From contig CAXXXD010000002.1 of the NCBI GenBank assembly GCA_963663385.2, positions 1,728,001-1,792,000 on the forward strand: DNA of 64,000 nt, written 5' to 3'. Below are positions 18,086 through 28,543 of the stretch, piece after piece (the stretch's first letter is position 1; each line of letters opens with the position of its first letter). The translations under genes and the position numbers were made by a program. Source of the DNA: Oceanispirochaeta sp. Lineage in GTDB: Bacteria; Spirochaetota; Spirochaetia; DSM-2461. Below the pieces are notes generated by a model. It had not been told where the DNA came from. It ran no database searches and saw only the letters and a program-made list of their open reading frames with translations.

Positions 18086-18983
18086 TTCCGGTACCCTGGC
18101 TCTGATAGCCTGTCTGTTATGGTCCACTGCTTTTCTCGGTGTAAAGACGGGACTGCAGTTTATGGATCCTCTTCTGTTTGCAGGACTGCGCTTTACTCTG
18201 GCCGGGGTTGCTGTGGGGCTGATTTTCCGGCGGAAGGGGTATTGGAGGCAGGTGCGTTCCCACTGGAGGCTGATTATTCTGGTAGGGTTCTTTCAGACTT
18301 TTCTCCTTTATTCGCTCTTTTATCTGTCCCTGGATAATATGAGGGGGTCAACAGGAGCAATTGTAAACGGTCTGGGGCCTTTGATGACGGCACTTATAGC
18401 ACACTTTTTTATGCCCGGTGACCGTCTTAGTTTCAGACGCCTTTTCAGCCTCTGTCTGGGAGTCCTGAGTGTCGTTCTGATAACCTGGTCCGGTATTGTA
18501 CCCGGCAGCACAAAGAATGAAACCTTCGGTATCATGCTGATGATGATTTCTCTTCTGGCCAATGCAGGCGCTGTTGTTATCGTTGCCAGAACACCCGACA
18601 GGCTTGATCCTTTTGTTCTGAATTCCGCTCAGCTTTTCAGCGGCGGTACAATGCTTCTTCTTGCAGGAGTTCTGACCGGTGGACTGCCGGCGGCCGTTCC
18701 TCCATCCCTTTTTTATGCGGGGCTTCTCTGGCTTGTCTGTGTTACATCGGGAGGGTTTTCCATCTGGTACTACCTGCTGAAGATCAGGAAAGAGCCTGTT
18801 TCTCATGTAACTGTCTGGAAATTTGTGATTCCCTTCAGCGGATCGCTTCTTAGCTGGATCTTTATTGGAGATGATTCTCCTGATTTGATCTCTGTCGGTG
18901 GAATGCTGCTGACATCTGTTTCAATTATGCTTTTTTATTCCGGCAAGGGAATTGATAAGGGTTTGAGTAAGGAGAGTATGTAA
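18072..18983 (+). CDS. DMT/EamA family transporter
   Basis: About 10 hydrophobic segments with LLWSTAF and RFTLAG. The GTG start overlapping the upstream gene is inferred. Confidence 0.85.
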   Translation: MKSLNSGTLALIACLLWSTAFLGVKTGLQFMDPLLFAGLRFTLAGVAVGLIFRRKGYWRQVRSHWRLIILVGFFQTFLLYSLFYLSLDNMRGSTGAIVNGLGPLMTALIAHFFMPGDRLSFRRLFSLCLGVLSVVLITWSGIVPGSTKNETFGIMLMMISLLANAGAVVIVARTPDRLDPFVLNSAQLFSGGTMLLLAGVLTGGLPAAVPPSLFYAGLLWLVCVTSGGFSIWYYLLKIRKEPVSHVTVWKFVIPFSGSLLSWIFIGDDSPDLISVGGMLLTSVSIMLFYSGKGIDKGLSKESM

Positions 18984-19498
18984 TGCCGTACTTTGTTATA
19001 CAGGTGACCAGTGGGAGAGAAAACGAATGCCGGACCTATCTTGTTAAATCCGGCCAGTTTCCCGAAAAATCCCTGGTTTTCCCCCGCAGGAAGCTTATGA
19101 TCCGCAAACAGGGGAAAACCGCAGAGAAGCAGGTCCCCCTGTTTCCGGGTTATCTGTTTTTCAGAACAGATGAAGTGCATCCCGATCAGATCAGGGCGGT
19201 CCGGGAAACCCCCGGAGTCTTTTGCTTTCTCCGAATTGACGGGGCTCTTATTCCTCTGCACAGAGATGAAGAGGAACAGTTGAGCTTTTTTCTGCGTACT
19301 GGTGAAGTTGCCGGTATTTCTACCATTGACCTGAAAGAGAACAATAATATCACTGTTATTAAGGGACCCTTAAAAGGACAGGAAGGCTTGATTGTGAAGC
19401 TTGATAAGAGGAAGAAGCGGGCAAAAGTTCGTCTTTCTCTTTATAAAGAAGCTTTTTTGATTGATTTTGGGTTTGATTTTGTGGAAAAAATTAAATAA
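18983..19498 (+). CDS. loaP: LoaP-like NusG-paralogue antitermination factor
   Basis: NGN domain (YFVIQV.SGRE, PLFPGYLF) and KOW domain (GPLKGQEG.IVKLDKRKKRAKV). Confidence 0.8.
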   Translation: MPYFVIQVTSGRENECRTYLVKSGQFPEKSLVFPRRKLMIRKQGKTAEKQVPLFPGYLFFRTDEVHPDQIRAVRETPGVFCFLRIDGALIPLHRDEEEQLSFFLRTGEVAGISTIDLKENNNITVIKGPLKGQEGLIVKLDKRKKRAKVRLSLYKEAFLIDFGFDFVEKIK

Positions 19499-19608
19499 TA
19501 ACCGTTTTTTTACTGTTTTCTGCTAATTCCTTAGAGTAAATCCTGTAAAGTATAATATTTTCCTCATTTTGCTTTGGTGTTTAATTGTAGTTCCTCCATA
19601 GGTCCATC

Positions 19609-19637
19609 TTGACAGAAATGGCATTTTGGTATATTTT
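19609..19637 (+). promoter_or_regulatory. Putative sigma70 promoter of gltBD
   Basis: TTGACA-N17-TATTTT upstream of the gltB RBS. Confidence 0.5.
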
Positions 19638-19698
19638 TTGTGGCAACACATTGCCGTAAAGTTGCTGGTTGGGATCACGCGGTGAAGGAGTCTGTAAT

Positions 19699-22600
19699 AT
19701 GATGAAGAAAAGGGGTCTTTACGATCCAGCTAATGAACATGATGCCTGTGGTGTCGGTTTTGTTGCACGAATAGACGGAGAAAGAACACACAGGATTGTA
19801 GAAGAGGGTGTACAGATTCTCTGTAACCTTGAACACCGCGGCGCTGTCGGCGGTGATATGAAGACCGGGGATGGAGCGGGGATGCTGCTCCAGATGCCCC
19901 ATAAGTTTTTTTCAAGAGTTCTTCCCTTTTCGCTTCCCGAAGAGGGTTCCTATGGTGCAGGGATGATTTTTCTTCCCGCAGATGCAGAGAAAGCGGCGGA
20001 AGCTGTCGAAATGACCGAAAGGATTATAGCCCGTGAGGGTGGTTCTCTTCTGGGATGGAGAGATGTTCCTGTTGACCCGGACTGTCTGGGTGAGCTGGCC
20101 CGCAGGGTAATGCCTTCATTTAAACAGGTTTTTGTCAGTTTTGACGGTCTGTCGGGAGATACGCTTGATAGCAAACTTTACGTACTGAGAAAATGTATGG
20201 AAAACGCCGCTTTGGCCAAAGGGTATGAACTGGATGAGTTCTACCTGCCCTCCCTGTCCTCCAAGACAATAGTCTATAAGGGAATGTTTGTGTCGGCCCA
20301 GTTTGTTACTTTCTATCCCGATCTGGGAGAAGAGGACTTTATCTCCGCCATGGCGCTTGTTCACCAGAGATACAGTACCAATACCTTTCCTTCCTGGCCT
20401 CTTGCGCAGCCTTTCCGCTATATAGCCCACAACGGTGAGATCAATACCCTCCGCCGGAATGTTAATAATATGAAGGCCCGTGAAACATCTCTCTCTTCTC
20501 CGGAATTCGGAGAGGATATGAAAAAAATGTTTCCCATTGTTCAGCCTGACTGCAGTGATTCTGCGGCTTTTGACAATGTTTTCGAACTGATTTCCAAAGG
20601 CGGACGTTCCATGGAGCACACCATGATGATGATGGTCCCCGAGGCGTTCGGTACGAAATATCATATCTCAGAGGATAAAAGAAACTTTTTTGAGTACCAT
20701 GCAGCCATAATGGAGCCCTGGGACGGACCGGCGGCACTAGTTTTTACAGACGGTTATAAAATAGGCGCCACCCTGGATAGAAACGGACTGAGACCGGGCC
20801 GCTATGCCATTACGAAGAGTGGAAAAGTAGTCCTTGGTTCCGAGGCGGGTGTAATTGATATTGAACCGGAAGATATTCTGGAGAATGGACGCCTGGAGCC
20901 TGGTAAAATGTTTCTGGTTGACCTGAAACAGCACCGGATTATCCGCGACAACGAGGTGAAGAGTCTCATCTCAAGGCAGAGACCTTACAGAAGATGGTTA
21001 AGCGAGCAGAAAATCGAATTGAAGGGACTTCACGGAACTCCCCGTAAAATCAAACATGATCCAGAAACCCTCCTTGAGAGGATGAAAGCCTTCGGCTACT
21101 CTTTCGAGGATATACGTACAGTAATTTCCAAAATGGCAAGCAATAGCCAGGAACCAATCGGGTCAATGGGGAATGACAGCCCCCTGGCTGTCCTTTCTGA
21201 AAAACCCCAGCTTGTTTACGAATATTTTAAACAGCTCTTTGCCCAGGTAACCAATCCCCCCATCGATCCCTACAGAGAGAACCTTGTTATGTCTCTTATG
21301 AGCTTTGTAGGCCGGGAAAGGAATCTCCTGAAAGAAACACCGGAGCACTGCCATCAGCTGAAGCTAAGCCACCCCGTTCTGACAAATGACGATATAAAAG
21401 CTTTGAAATCCATGGATATGGATGATTTCAGGGTTTCAACTGTTCCTATGCTGTTCAGGGTGACAGAAGACGAGCATCAGCTGGAAAATGCTATTGATAA
21501 ACTCTGCACGGATGCGGAAAGCCGGATCGATTCCGGGGATTCCCTGATTATACTTTCCGACAGAGGGGTGGATAAGGAACACTCAGCCATTCCTGCTCTC
21601 CTGGCTGTTTCGGCTGTTCATCACTATCTTGTCCGCCAGGGCAAGAGGCATCTGGCCGGTTTGATTATCGAATCGGGTGAAGTGAGATCGGTTCACCACT
21701 TCGCGACTCTGGTCGGATACGGCGCCAGCGGAATTAACCCCTATCTGGTTTTTGAAGCTCTCTCGGATCTGAAAGAGAGAGGATACCTGCCGGATGATCT
21801 GACTCTGCCCCAGGCTATCGAGCACTATATCACAGCGGTTAAGAAAGGACTTCTCAAGATAATGTCCAAGATGGGTGTTTCCACCATCAGAAGCTACCGC
21901 GGTTCACAGATTTACGAAGCCATCGGCCTTTCCGAAGAACTGGTGGATAAGTATTTTGCCGGTACTGCCTCCAGGGTGGGTGGAATCGACATCAATGTTA
22001 TTGAACACGATGTCCTTGCCCGTCATAGAAAAGCCTGGGAGGAAAAGGATGTATACAGTCACAGACTGCAATCCAGCGGGGAGTTCTCTTCCAGAAAAAA
22101 TGCGGATAAACACCTTTTTTCTGCCGAAGCCGTTGTCAATATGCAGAAAGCTGTCCGGACAAATGATTATCAGGCGTTCAAGAAGTATACCGCCGGTATA
22201 AACGATATCAGCAAAAACCTGAACACCCTGAGAGGGCTTTTTCAGTTCAGGAAGGGGAATCCCGTTCCTCTGGAAGAGGTTGAGCCGGCATCGGAAATTG
22301 TCAAACGTTTTGTTTCCTCCGCCATGTCCTTCGGTTCCATGAGCCGGGAAGTCCATGAAACCATGGCGATTGCCATGAACCGGCTCGGAGGGATGAGCAA
22401 CTCCGGTGAGGGCGGAGAGGATATGGAACGCTACACTGTGAGAGAAAACGGGGATAATCCTATCAGCCGGGTAAAACAGATTGCTTCCGGCCGTTTCGGC
22501 GTAGACAGTCCCTATCTGTGTAACTGCGATGAACTGCAGATTAAAATGGCCCAGGGTGCCAAACCGGGAGAGGGCGGTCAGCTTCCCGGTCATAAGGTAA

Positions 22601-24225
22601 ACGAAGTTGTTGCGAAGGTAAGGCACTCCACTCCCGGAGTAATGCTGATTTCTCCTCCGCCCCATCACGATATTTACTCAATCGAGGATCTCTCCCAGCT
22701 GATTTTCGATTTGAAAAATGCCAATCCGAAAGCCCGGGTATCGGTAAAACTGGTTTCCGAAGTGGGAGTCGGGACTGTTGCAGCCGGTGTCGCCAAGGGT
22801 AAAGCGGATATGGTTCTGATTTCCGGCGGCGACGGTGGTACGGGAGCATCTCCCCTGTCATCCCTGAAGCATGCCGGATCCGTCTGGGAAATAGGACTGG
22901 CCGAAACCCAGCAGGTTCTGGTTATGAACAAACTGCGTTCCAGGATCCGGATACAGTGCGACGGTCAGATGAAAACGGGACGTGACGTTGTCATCGCAGC
23001 CCTGCTTGGCGCGGAAGAGTTCGGTTTTGGTACGGCCTCTCTTGTATCGCTGGGCTGCGTTATGATGAGAAAATGCCATACCAATGCGTGCCCTGTGGGG
23101 ATCGCCACTCAGAACGCCGATTTGAGAAAACGTTTTGCCGGCAAGCCCGAACATCTGATGAACTTTATGACTTTCGTAGCCGAGGAAGTCCGGGAATATA
23201 TGGCGGAACTGGGATTCAGAACTTTCGATGAAATGGTCGGTCATGTGGAATATCTGGAAGTCAATGAGGCGGTTGAACATTTTAAAGCCAAAGGGCTGGA
23301 TTTTACAAATATCCTGATGCCTCCCCAGCTGGAAGAGGGCGGATCTCTCCGCTGCGTAGCCAAACAGGATCATGATTTCTCTCTCTCCCTGGATCAGGGA
23401 TTGATTGAAAAAGCAAAGGATGCCCTGGAGAAAAAGAAACCCGTTGTAATCGAACAGCCTATCCGGAACTGCAACAGAACCGTGGGCGCCACACTGAGTT
23501 ATGAGGTAACGAGCCGTTATGGTGTGGATGGACTGAAAGACGATACCATTCACGTAAATCTGAAAGGAAGCGCCGGGCAGAGTTTCGGAGCCTTTCTTAC
23601 AAAGGGTATCACCTTCGAACTGGAAGGGGAGAGTAATGACTACCTCGGCAAGGGGCTCTCGGGAGGCAGGATTATCCTCTATCCTCACAAGGGAACCACT
23701 TTCTCCGGGTTCAGAAACATCATTACGGGTAATGTAAACCTTTTTGGTGCTACTGGCGGTGAAGCGTATATCAACGGAAGGGCGGGGGAACGGTTTGCCG
23801 TTAGAAACTCCGGCGCTATTGCCGTAGTAGAAGGTGTCGGTGACCACGGTTGTGAGTATATGACCGGTGGACGGGTTGTTATTCTCGGTAAAACGGGAGT
23901 GAACTTTGCAGCCGGGATGTCCGGTGGTGTCGCCTACGTGTATGATGAAACCCAGCTGTTCGATACCCGGTGTAACCTGGAAATGGTGGATGTCGAACCG
24001 GTGATTGAACAGGAGGACAAGGACTTCCTCACCAGTATGGTGAAGAAGCACATCAAATATACGGACAGCCTTCTGGCCAAGCGGTTGATGGAGTCCTGGG
24101 AGGAGTCTCTTCCCAACTTTGTTAAAGTAATGCCTCTGGACTACAGAAAAGCTCTGGAGAGAATTAAAGAGCAGGAAACCAAGGAAACGGAAGCTGCCAC
24201 TATTACCGAGGAGGTATATGCATAA
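19699..24225 (+). CDS. gltB: Glutamate synthase large subunit
   Basis: HDACGVGF (Ntn Cys), HQRYSTNT, QGAKPGEGGQLPG, ISPPPHHDIYSIEDL and CVMMRKCHTNAC; RBS AAGGAG before the ATG at 19699. Confidence 0.98.
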   Translation: MMKKRGLYDPANEHDACGVGFVARIDGERTHRIVEEGVQILCNLEHRGAVGGDMKTGDGAGMLLQMPHKFFSRVLPFSLPEEGSYGAGMIFLPADAEKAAEAVEMTERIIAREGGSLLGWRDVPVDPDCLGELARRVMPSFKQVFVSFDGLSGDTLDSKLYVLRKCMENAALAKGYELDEFYLPSLSSKTIVYKGMFVSAQFVTFYPDLGEEDFISAMALVHQRYSTNTFPSWPLAQPFRYIAHNGEINTLRRNVNNMKARETSLSSPEFGEDMKKMFPIVQPDCSDSAAFDNVFELISKGGRSMEHTMMMMVPEAFGTKYHISEDKRNFFEYHAAIMEPWDGPAALVFTDGYKIGATLDRNGLRPGRYAITKSGKVVLGSEAGVIDIEPEDILENGRLEPGKMFLVDLKQHRIIRDNEVKSLISRQRPYRRWLSEQKIELKGLHGTPRKIKHDPETLLERMKAFGYSFEDIRTVISKMASNSQEPIGSMGNDSPLAVLSEKPQLVYEYFKQLFAQVTNPPIDPYRENLVMSLMSFVGRERNLLKETPEHCHQLKLSHPVLTNDDIKALKSMDMDDFRVSTVPMLFRVTEDEHQLENAIDKLCTDAESRIDSGDSLIILSDRGVDKEHSAIPALLAVSAVHHYLVRQGKRHLAGLIIESGEVRSVHHFATLVGYGASGINPYLVFEALSDLKERGYLPDDLTLPQAIEHYITAVKKGLLKIMSKMGVSTIRSYRGSQIYEAIGLSEELVDKYFAGTASRVGGIDINVIEHDVLARHRKAWEEKDVYSHRLQSSGEFSSRKNADKHLFSAEAVVNMQKAVRTNDYQAFKKYTAGINDISKNLNTLRGLFQFRKGNPVPLEEVEPASEIVKRFVSSAMSFGSMSREVHETMAIAMNRLGGMSNSGEGGEDMERYTVRENGDNPISRVKQIASGRFGVDSPYLCNCDELQIKMAQGAKPGEGGQLPGHKVNEVVAKVRHSTPGVMLISPPPHHDIYSIEDLSQLIFDLKNANPKARVSVKLVSEVGVGTVAAGVAKGKADMVLISGGDGGTGASPLSSLKHAGSVWEIGLAETQQVLVMNKLRSRIRIQCDGQMKTGRDVVIAALLGAEEFGFGTASLVSLGCVMMRKCHTNACPVGIATQNADLRKRFAGKPEHLMNFMTFVAEEVREYMAELGFRTFDEMVGHVEYLEVNEAVEHFKAKGLDFTNILMPPQLEEGGSLRCVAKQDHDFSLSLDQGLIEKAKDALEKKKPVVIEQPIRNCNRTVGATLSYEVTSRYGVDGLKDDTIHVNLKGSAGQSFGAFLTKGITFELEGESNDYLGKGLSGGRIILYPHKGTTFSGFRNIITGNVNLFGATGGEAYINGRAGERFAVRNSGAIAVVEGVGDHGCEYMTGGRVVILGKTGVNFAAGMSGGVAYVYDETQLFDTRCNLEMVDVEPVIEQEDKDFLTSMVKKHIKYTDSLLAKRLMESWEESLPNFVKVMPLDYRKALERIKEQETKETEAATITEEVYA

Positions 24226-25646
24226 TGGGTAAGGTTCTCGGATTTATTGAATATAAAAGACAGGACTTCCTCTACCGTTCCGTAGAGGAGAGACTGAAGG
24301 ACTATAAGGAAGTCATGATCCCCACTCCTGTGGAGGAACTGACAGATCAGGGTGCCCGCTGTATGGACTGCGGAACTCCTTTCTGCCACATTCTGGGCTG
24401 TCCAATAAATAATTTGATTCCCGAGTGGAATGATGCTGTTTACAGGGGCCAGATGAGAGAGGCTTTTGAAAGACTGGAACTGACCAACAACTTTCCCGAG
24501 GTAACCGGAAGAATCTGCCCGGCCCTCTGCGAAGCTTCCTGTACTCTGAGTATCAATGACGCTCCCGTTACCATCAAACAGATGGAACTTGGAATTATAG
24601 AAAAGGCTTTTGCCGCTGGATGGGTCGTACCCCGTCCTCCCAAAATTGAAACGGGGAAAAGCGTTGCCGTTGTTGGAAGCGGCCCTGCCGGAATGGCTGC
24701 CAGTCAGCAGCTGCGGCGCATGGGGCATCAGGTTACCCTGTTTGAAAAGAGCGAGAAGATAGGCGGTCTTTTGAGATACGGGATCCCTGACTTCAAACTG
24801 GATAAGAGCGTTCTTGACAGGAGAATCAAGCAGATGGCCGAGGAGGGTGTAAACTTCGAAACCGGTGTAGCCATCGGGGAAGATCTTTCCATACGCTACC
24901 TGCAGAACAAGTTTGATGCCGTACTGATAACAACCGGCGCCGGCACCCCCCGTAACCTCCCTGTTCCGGGAAGAGACCTGAATGGGGTTCACTTTGCTCT
25001 GGAGTACCTGGGACAGTCCAACAGGAATGTGTCCGGTGAGTTCTATGACGAAGAAGTTATCAATGCAAAAGATAAAACCGTTCTGGTAATCGGCGGCGGC
25101 GATACTGGTTCCGACTGTGTGGGAACTGCCAACCGTCAGGGGGCCAAAAAGGTCTATCAGTATGAGATACTGCCCAGACCCCTGGACTGGAAGGACGCTC
25201 ACAACCCGAGCTGGCCCGAATGGCCCCAGATCCTTCGGACATCCTCCTCCCATAAGGAGGGATGCGAGCGGGAGTGGAACATCGCCACAAATGCTTTCGA
25301 AGGAAACGGCCGTGTGAAAAAAGGCAGATTTCAGAGAGTTGAATGGGTGGCGGACGAAAACGGCGGACGTCCTCAGATGAAGATGATTGCCGGCAGCGAA
25401 TTCGAACTGGATGTGGACCTTGTATTCCTGGCTATGGGATTTGTCCATGTGGAACATAACCGGATTATCACCGATCTGAATCTGGAGCTGGATGACCGCG
25501 GCAATATCAGAACCGATGGGAATTACGGTACTTCCATAGACGGCGTCTTTGCCGCGGGAGATTCAGAAACCGGCGCTTCTCTTGTAGTAAGAGCTATCGG
25601 ACACGGCAGAAACGCTGCCGAAGCCATTGATGCCTACCTGTTATAA
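24225..25646 (+). CDS. gltD: Glutamate synthase small subunit
   Basis: RCMDCGTPFC, GRICPALCE, VGSGPAG and IGGGDTGSDC. Confidence 0.97.
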   Translation: MGKVLGFIEYKRQDFLYRSVEERLKDYKEVMIPTPVEELTDQGARCMDCGTPFCHILGCPINNLIPEWNDAVYRGQMREAFERLELTNNFPEVTGRICPALCEASCTLSINDAPVTIKQMELGIIEKAFAAGWVVPRPPKIETGKSVAVVGSGPAGMAASQQLRRMGHQVTLFEKSEKIGGLLRYGIPDFKLDKSVLDRRIKQMAEEGVNFETGVAIGEDLSIRYLQNKFDAVLITTGAGTPRNLPVPGRDLNGVHFALEYLGQSNRNVSGEFYDEEVINAKDKTVLVIGGGDTGSDCVGTANRQGAKKVYQYEILPRPLDWKDAHNPSWPEWPQILRTSSSHKEGCEREWNIATNAFEGNGRVKKGRFQRVEWVADENGGRPQMKMIAGSEFELDVDLVFLAMGFVHVEHNRIITDLNLELDDRGNIRTDGNYGTSIDGVFAAGDSETGASLVVRAIGHGRNAAEAIDAYLL

Positions 25647-25659
25647 GTTCATTATATGA

Positions 25660-25702
25660 TTAAAAAATCATCCCGGAGGAGTGATCCTCCGGGATTTTTT
25701 AA
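25660..25702. terminator. Bidirectional intrinsic terminator
   Basis: ATCCCGGAGGA-gtga-TCCTCCGGGAT flanked by A and T tracts, between convergent gltD and the ADH gene. Confidence 0.85.
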
Positions 25703-25815
25703 TCAACGGATATATTGACCGGTTTTATGATAATAGCTTGAATAAGGATTCCCACTTTTAGGGGCTGCCGTTAAATACGGGTGCTTTTCAGATTTAGCTT
25801 TTATAATGCGGATAA

Positions 25816-26988
25816 CTACAAGCAGGATCTGTAGATATTTTTAATATCCTCGTCGGAATACCCGGGGATATTCCAGAGTACTGACAGTTTTTTTGCCTGT
25901 CCGGCCAGTTCATCCGGATCGGGATTCAGAATCCCCGCTTCGGAAAAGCTGAGAGGGCAGCTTATGGATTGTATGAAATTTTCAAACTGTGAAATTACGG
26001 TTTCACAGGCTGCATTCCTGTTCATAAAATCCAGTTTGTCCATTTCCAGAATCTTTTTTCCAAAAAGGATGATCCTGTCGGCAATATCCGTCTTTTTATA
26101 CCTGAGCCAGGCTGGCATAACTATGGATAGACCGGCTCCATGAGCTATATTGTACAGAGCGCTCATAGGATGCTCCAGCATATGGCTGGGTATTGTGGCT
26201 CCTTCCAGCCCCGCATTGGCCAGTCCGTTCCAGGCCAGTGCCGCACCCCACATGATGGAAGCACGGGCATCGTAATTACCGGGATCTTTCAATACGACCT
26301 TGAGGGATTGCATTATTCCCTTTACCATACCTTCCACAAATCCATTCTGAATGGGAGAGAAGGTGGAAGTCGTAGTAAAGTAACCCTCCAGAAGGTGGGA
26401 CATAATATCAAAACAGGCATAAGCCGTATACTGGACCGGGATTGTAAATGTGGTTGACGGATCCAGAAATGCCGCTCTGGGAACAAGCAGGGGAGACCGT
26501 ATGCTGAATTTCTCACCGGTTTCCGGATTTGTCAGGACACCTGCCTGATTGGTTTCCGAGGAGGTTGCCGGCTGGGTCTGGACGGCGATGATAGGCAGGG
26601 CTTTTTCCACAACAGCCTTTTTGCGGTAATAGTCCCACAGGTTTCCGTGACTATACACTCCGGCGGCAATCCCTTTTGCTTCATCAATAACGCTTCCGCC
26701 TCCGGCTGCGACGATAAAATCAACAGACTCTCTTTTCGCAATCTCTATACCCTTCAGAGCGTGAGGCAGTACAGGGTTGGGCTCTACGCCTCCGTGTTCA
26801 ACTATCCGGATTTCCGCGTCTGTAAGACTCTTAACAATAATATCAAACAGGCCGTTCTTCTTAAGGCTCTCTTTCCCATACAGGAGAAGGGCCTTCTTCC
26901 CATATTTCAGGGATTCTTCACCGATGCGGGTAAACACACCCCGGCCGAAGATGATATTTGTCGGTGAATAGAATTCAAAATCAGTCAT
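25816..26988 (-). CDS. Iron-containing alcohol dehydrogenase (butanol dehydrogenase-like)
   Basis: GVEPNP, GGGSVID, DIMSHLLEGY and HMLEHPMSA..NIAHGAGL; RBS GGAGG before the ATG at 26988. Confidence 0.92.
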   Translation of the reverse strand: MTDFEFYSPTNIIFGRGVFTRIGEESLKYGKKALLLYGKESLKKNGLFDIIVKSLTDAEIRIVEHGGVEPNPVLPHALKGIEIAKRESVDFIVAAGGGSVIDEAKGIAAGVYSHGNLWDYYRKKAVVEKALPIIAVQTQPATSSETNQAGVLTNPETGEKFSIRSPLLVPRAAFLDPSTTFTIPVQYTAYACFDIMSHLLEGYFTTTSTFSPIQNGFVEGMVKGIMQSLKVVLKDPGNYDARASIMWGAALAWNGLANAGLEGATIPSHMLEHPMSALYNIAHGAGLSIVMPAWLRYKKTDIADRIILFGKKILEMDKLDFMNRNAACETVISQFENFIQSISCPLSFSEAGILNPDPDELAGQAKKLSVLWNIPGYSDEDIKNIYRSCL

Positions 26989-27021
26989 TTTTGCCTCCAC
27001 TCTCCTGTTAAGTATAGAAAA

Positions 27022-28092
27022 TCAGCCGTTATAATCCAGTATAACCCTGCTGAGAGACGATTCTCCCGCCAGATCCTGGCCAATCTCCCAGATAAAAACA
27101 CCTTCGATATTATGATCTGAAGCCAGCTGCATTTTCCGGGCGATTGTTTCGGGTCCGTTAAAATAAAATCCCCCTGCTTCATCCTGCCAGGGGGCTGGCG
27201 TGAAATCCCGGACAATTTCCCTGTAGCTCTGACTTTTATTCCAGTATTCCGGTGAGAATCCGTCAAATATCCGGCCGTAGAAGGGGAGCCCCATTACGAT
27301 CTTTTCCGGCGGGATTTCATACCGGGTCAGCATAAACTCCAGGGCTTCCAGTGTTCCTTCCCAGGTGGAATGGCGGCCGTAGAAATCGTAGGCCATAAGG
27401 TTGATACTATCGGGGATTTTATAGGTTTCGGCCGGAAGCAGTCTGTAACGGCTGACAGCCATGCTGAGAGTTTTTTTATTTCTGTCGGCGATAATCTTTA
27501 TATCTTTCATAAAATCCAGATGCAGCTGTTTTTCCTCATCATTCCGGGGGAATTCCCAGTCAAGATCAATGCCGGAAATATTATATTCCTCCATCAGGCA
27601 TTCTATAGCTTCCAGGGTCTGTCTGCGCTTCGCTTCATCTGTGATCAGGGGAAGAATCTCAGTTGAAGAACCGGCCAGGCAGAGCGACATCTTTCTGTTG
27701 TACAGGGACACAATACGGGAGAGGTATTTCAGGTTTTCCCTGTCCTGCTGTTCAATTTCCAGGATATCCTCTTCGGAGAACCGGATGGTAAAGTAAAAAA
27801 ACTCGCTGAAACTGCCCATCAGATACTCACCCCGGGATTCCCTGTAATCTACGGGAAGTATCCTCTTCCGCTCGACAAAGGCATTTTTTCCGGAGGGGAA
27901 GGGGTTCATATCATACCAGGGCATACCTCCCTGAACTGTGCCGGGAAAGAGCTGCTGCATCCGGTATTCGGGCAGATAGGTTTTCCGTTCGGGGATCATA
28001 CCCGATTCACCGGAAAGGGTTGATCCGAAACAAAGAAAAGTAAAAAAAAGGATAAATATATTAACTCTGTTAAAGAGGAATGTTCGTTTCAT
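27022..28092 (-). CDS. Glycoside hydrolase family 18 (chitinase-like), exported
   Basis: Catalytic GIDLDWEFP (DxDxE), NLMAYDF, MGLPFYGR and GVFIWEIGQD; N-terminal hydrophobic segment. Confidence 0.9.
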   Translation of the reverse strand: MKRTFLFNRVNIFILFFTFLCFGSTLSGESGMIPERKTYLPEYRMQQLFPGTVQGGMPWYDMNPFPSGKNAFVERKRILPVDYRESRGEYLMGSFSEFFYFTIRFSEEDILEIEQQDRENLKYLSRIVSLYNRKMSLCLAGSSTEILPLITDEAKRRQTLEAIECLMEEYNISGIDLDWEFPRNDEEKQLHLDFMKDIKIIADRNKKTLSMAVSRYRLLPAETYKIPDSINLMAYDFYGRHSTWEGTLEALEFMLTRYEIPPEKIVMGLPFYGRIFDGFSPEYWNKSQSYREIVRDFTPAPWQDEAGGFYFNGPETIARKMQLASDHNIEGVFIWEIGQDLAGESSLSRVILDYNG

Positions 28093-28207
28093 GATTTGAG
28101 TATTATAGTGGAGCCTTTTCTGCAGGTAAAGTAGGGCCCGGCATTTACAAAACCTCCCGATTTTTTCATAATCAAAGCTGTGTTGAACTAAGAGGGGTGC
28201 AGGGATA

Positions 28208-28543
28208 ATGAATATACAGATAATCGGAACAAAAAAATGCAGTGATACCAGAAAGGCACACCGTTTCTTTCAGGACAGAGGAATTAAATTCCATACTCTG
28301 GACCTGAAGGAAAAGGGGCTCAGCAAGGGAGAGCTGAAAAGTATCCTGGCAAAGGTTTCTGCAGAGGATCTGGTTGATACGGAGGCTCCTCTTTATAAAA
28401 AGAAATTCGCCTATATGGATTTTGATGCGGAGGAAGAGCTTCTGGAACACCCCGAACTGATCCGCACTCCCGTTGTCCGGAGTGAAGGGCGTGTAACAGT
28501 CGGCTATGATCCGGACAGCTGGAAGTCCTGGTTTGAAGGCTGA
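28208..28543 (+). CDS. ArsC/Spx family protein
   Basis: GTKKCSDTRKA.RFF and HPELIRTPVVR. Confidence 0.85.
   Translation: MNIQIIGTKKCSDTRKAHRFFQDRGIKFHTLDLKEKGLSKGELKSILAKVSAEDLVDTEAPLYKKKFAYMDFDAEEELLEHPELIRTPVVRSEGRVTVGYDPDSWKSWFEG

Noticed and set aside
19641..19655. TGGCA...TTGC sigma54-like site upstream of gltB
   Set aside because: GG-to-GC spacing is 9 nt rather than the required 10; better explained as a short inverted repeat.
22858..25457. Long minus-strand ORFs (397 and 438 aa) opposite gltB/gltD
   Set aside because: Antisense shadows of highly conserved genes; no motifs and no RBS noticed.
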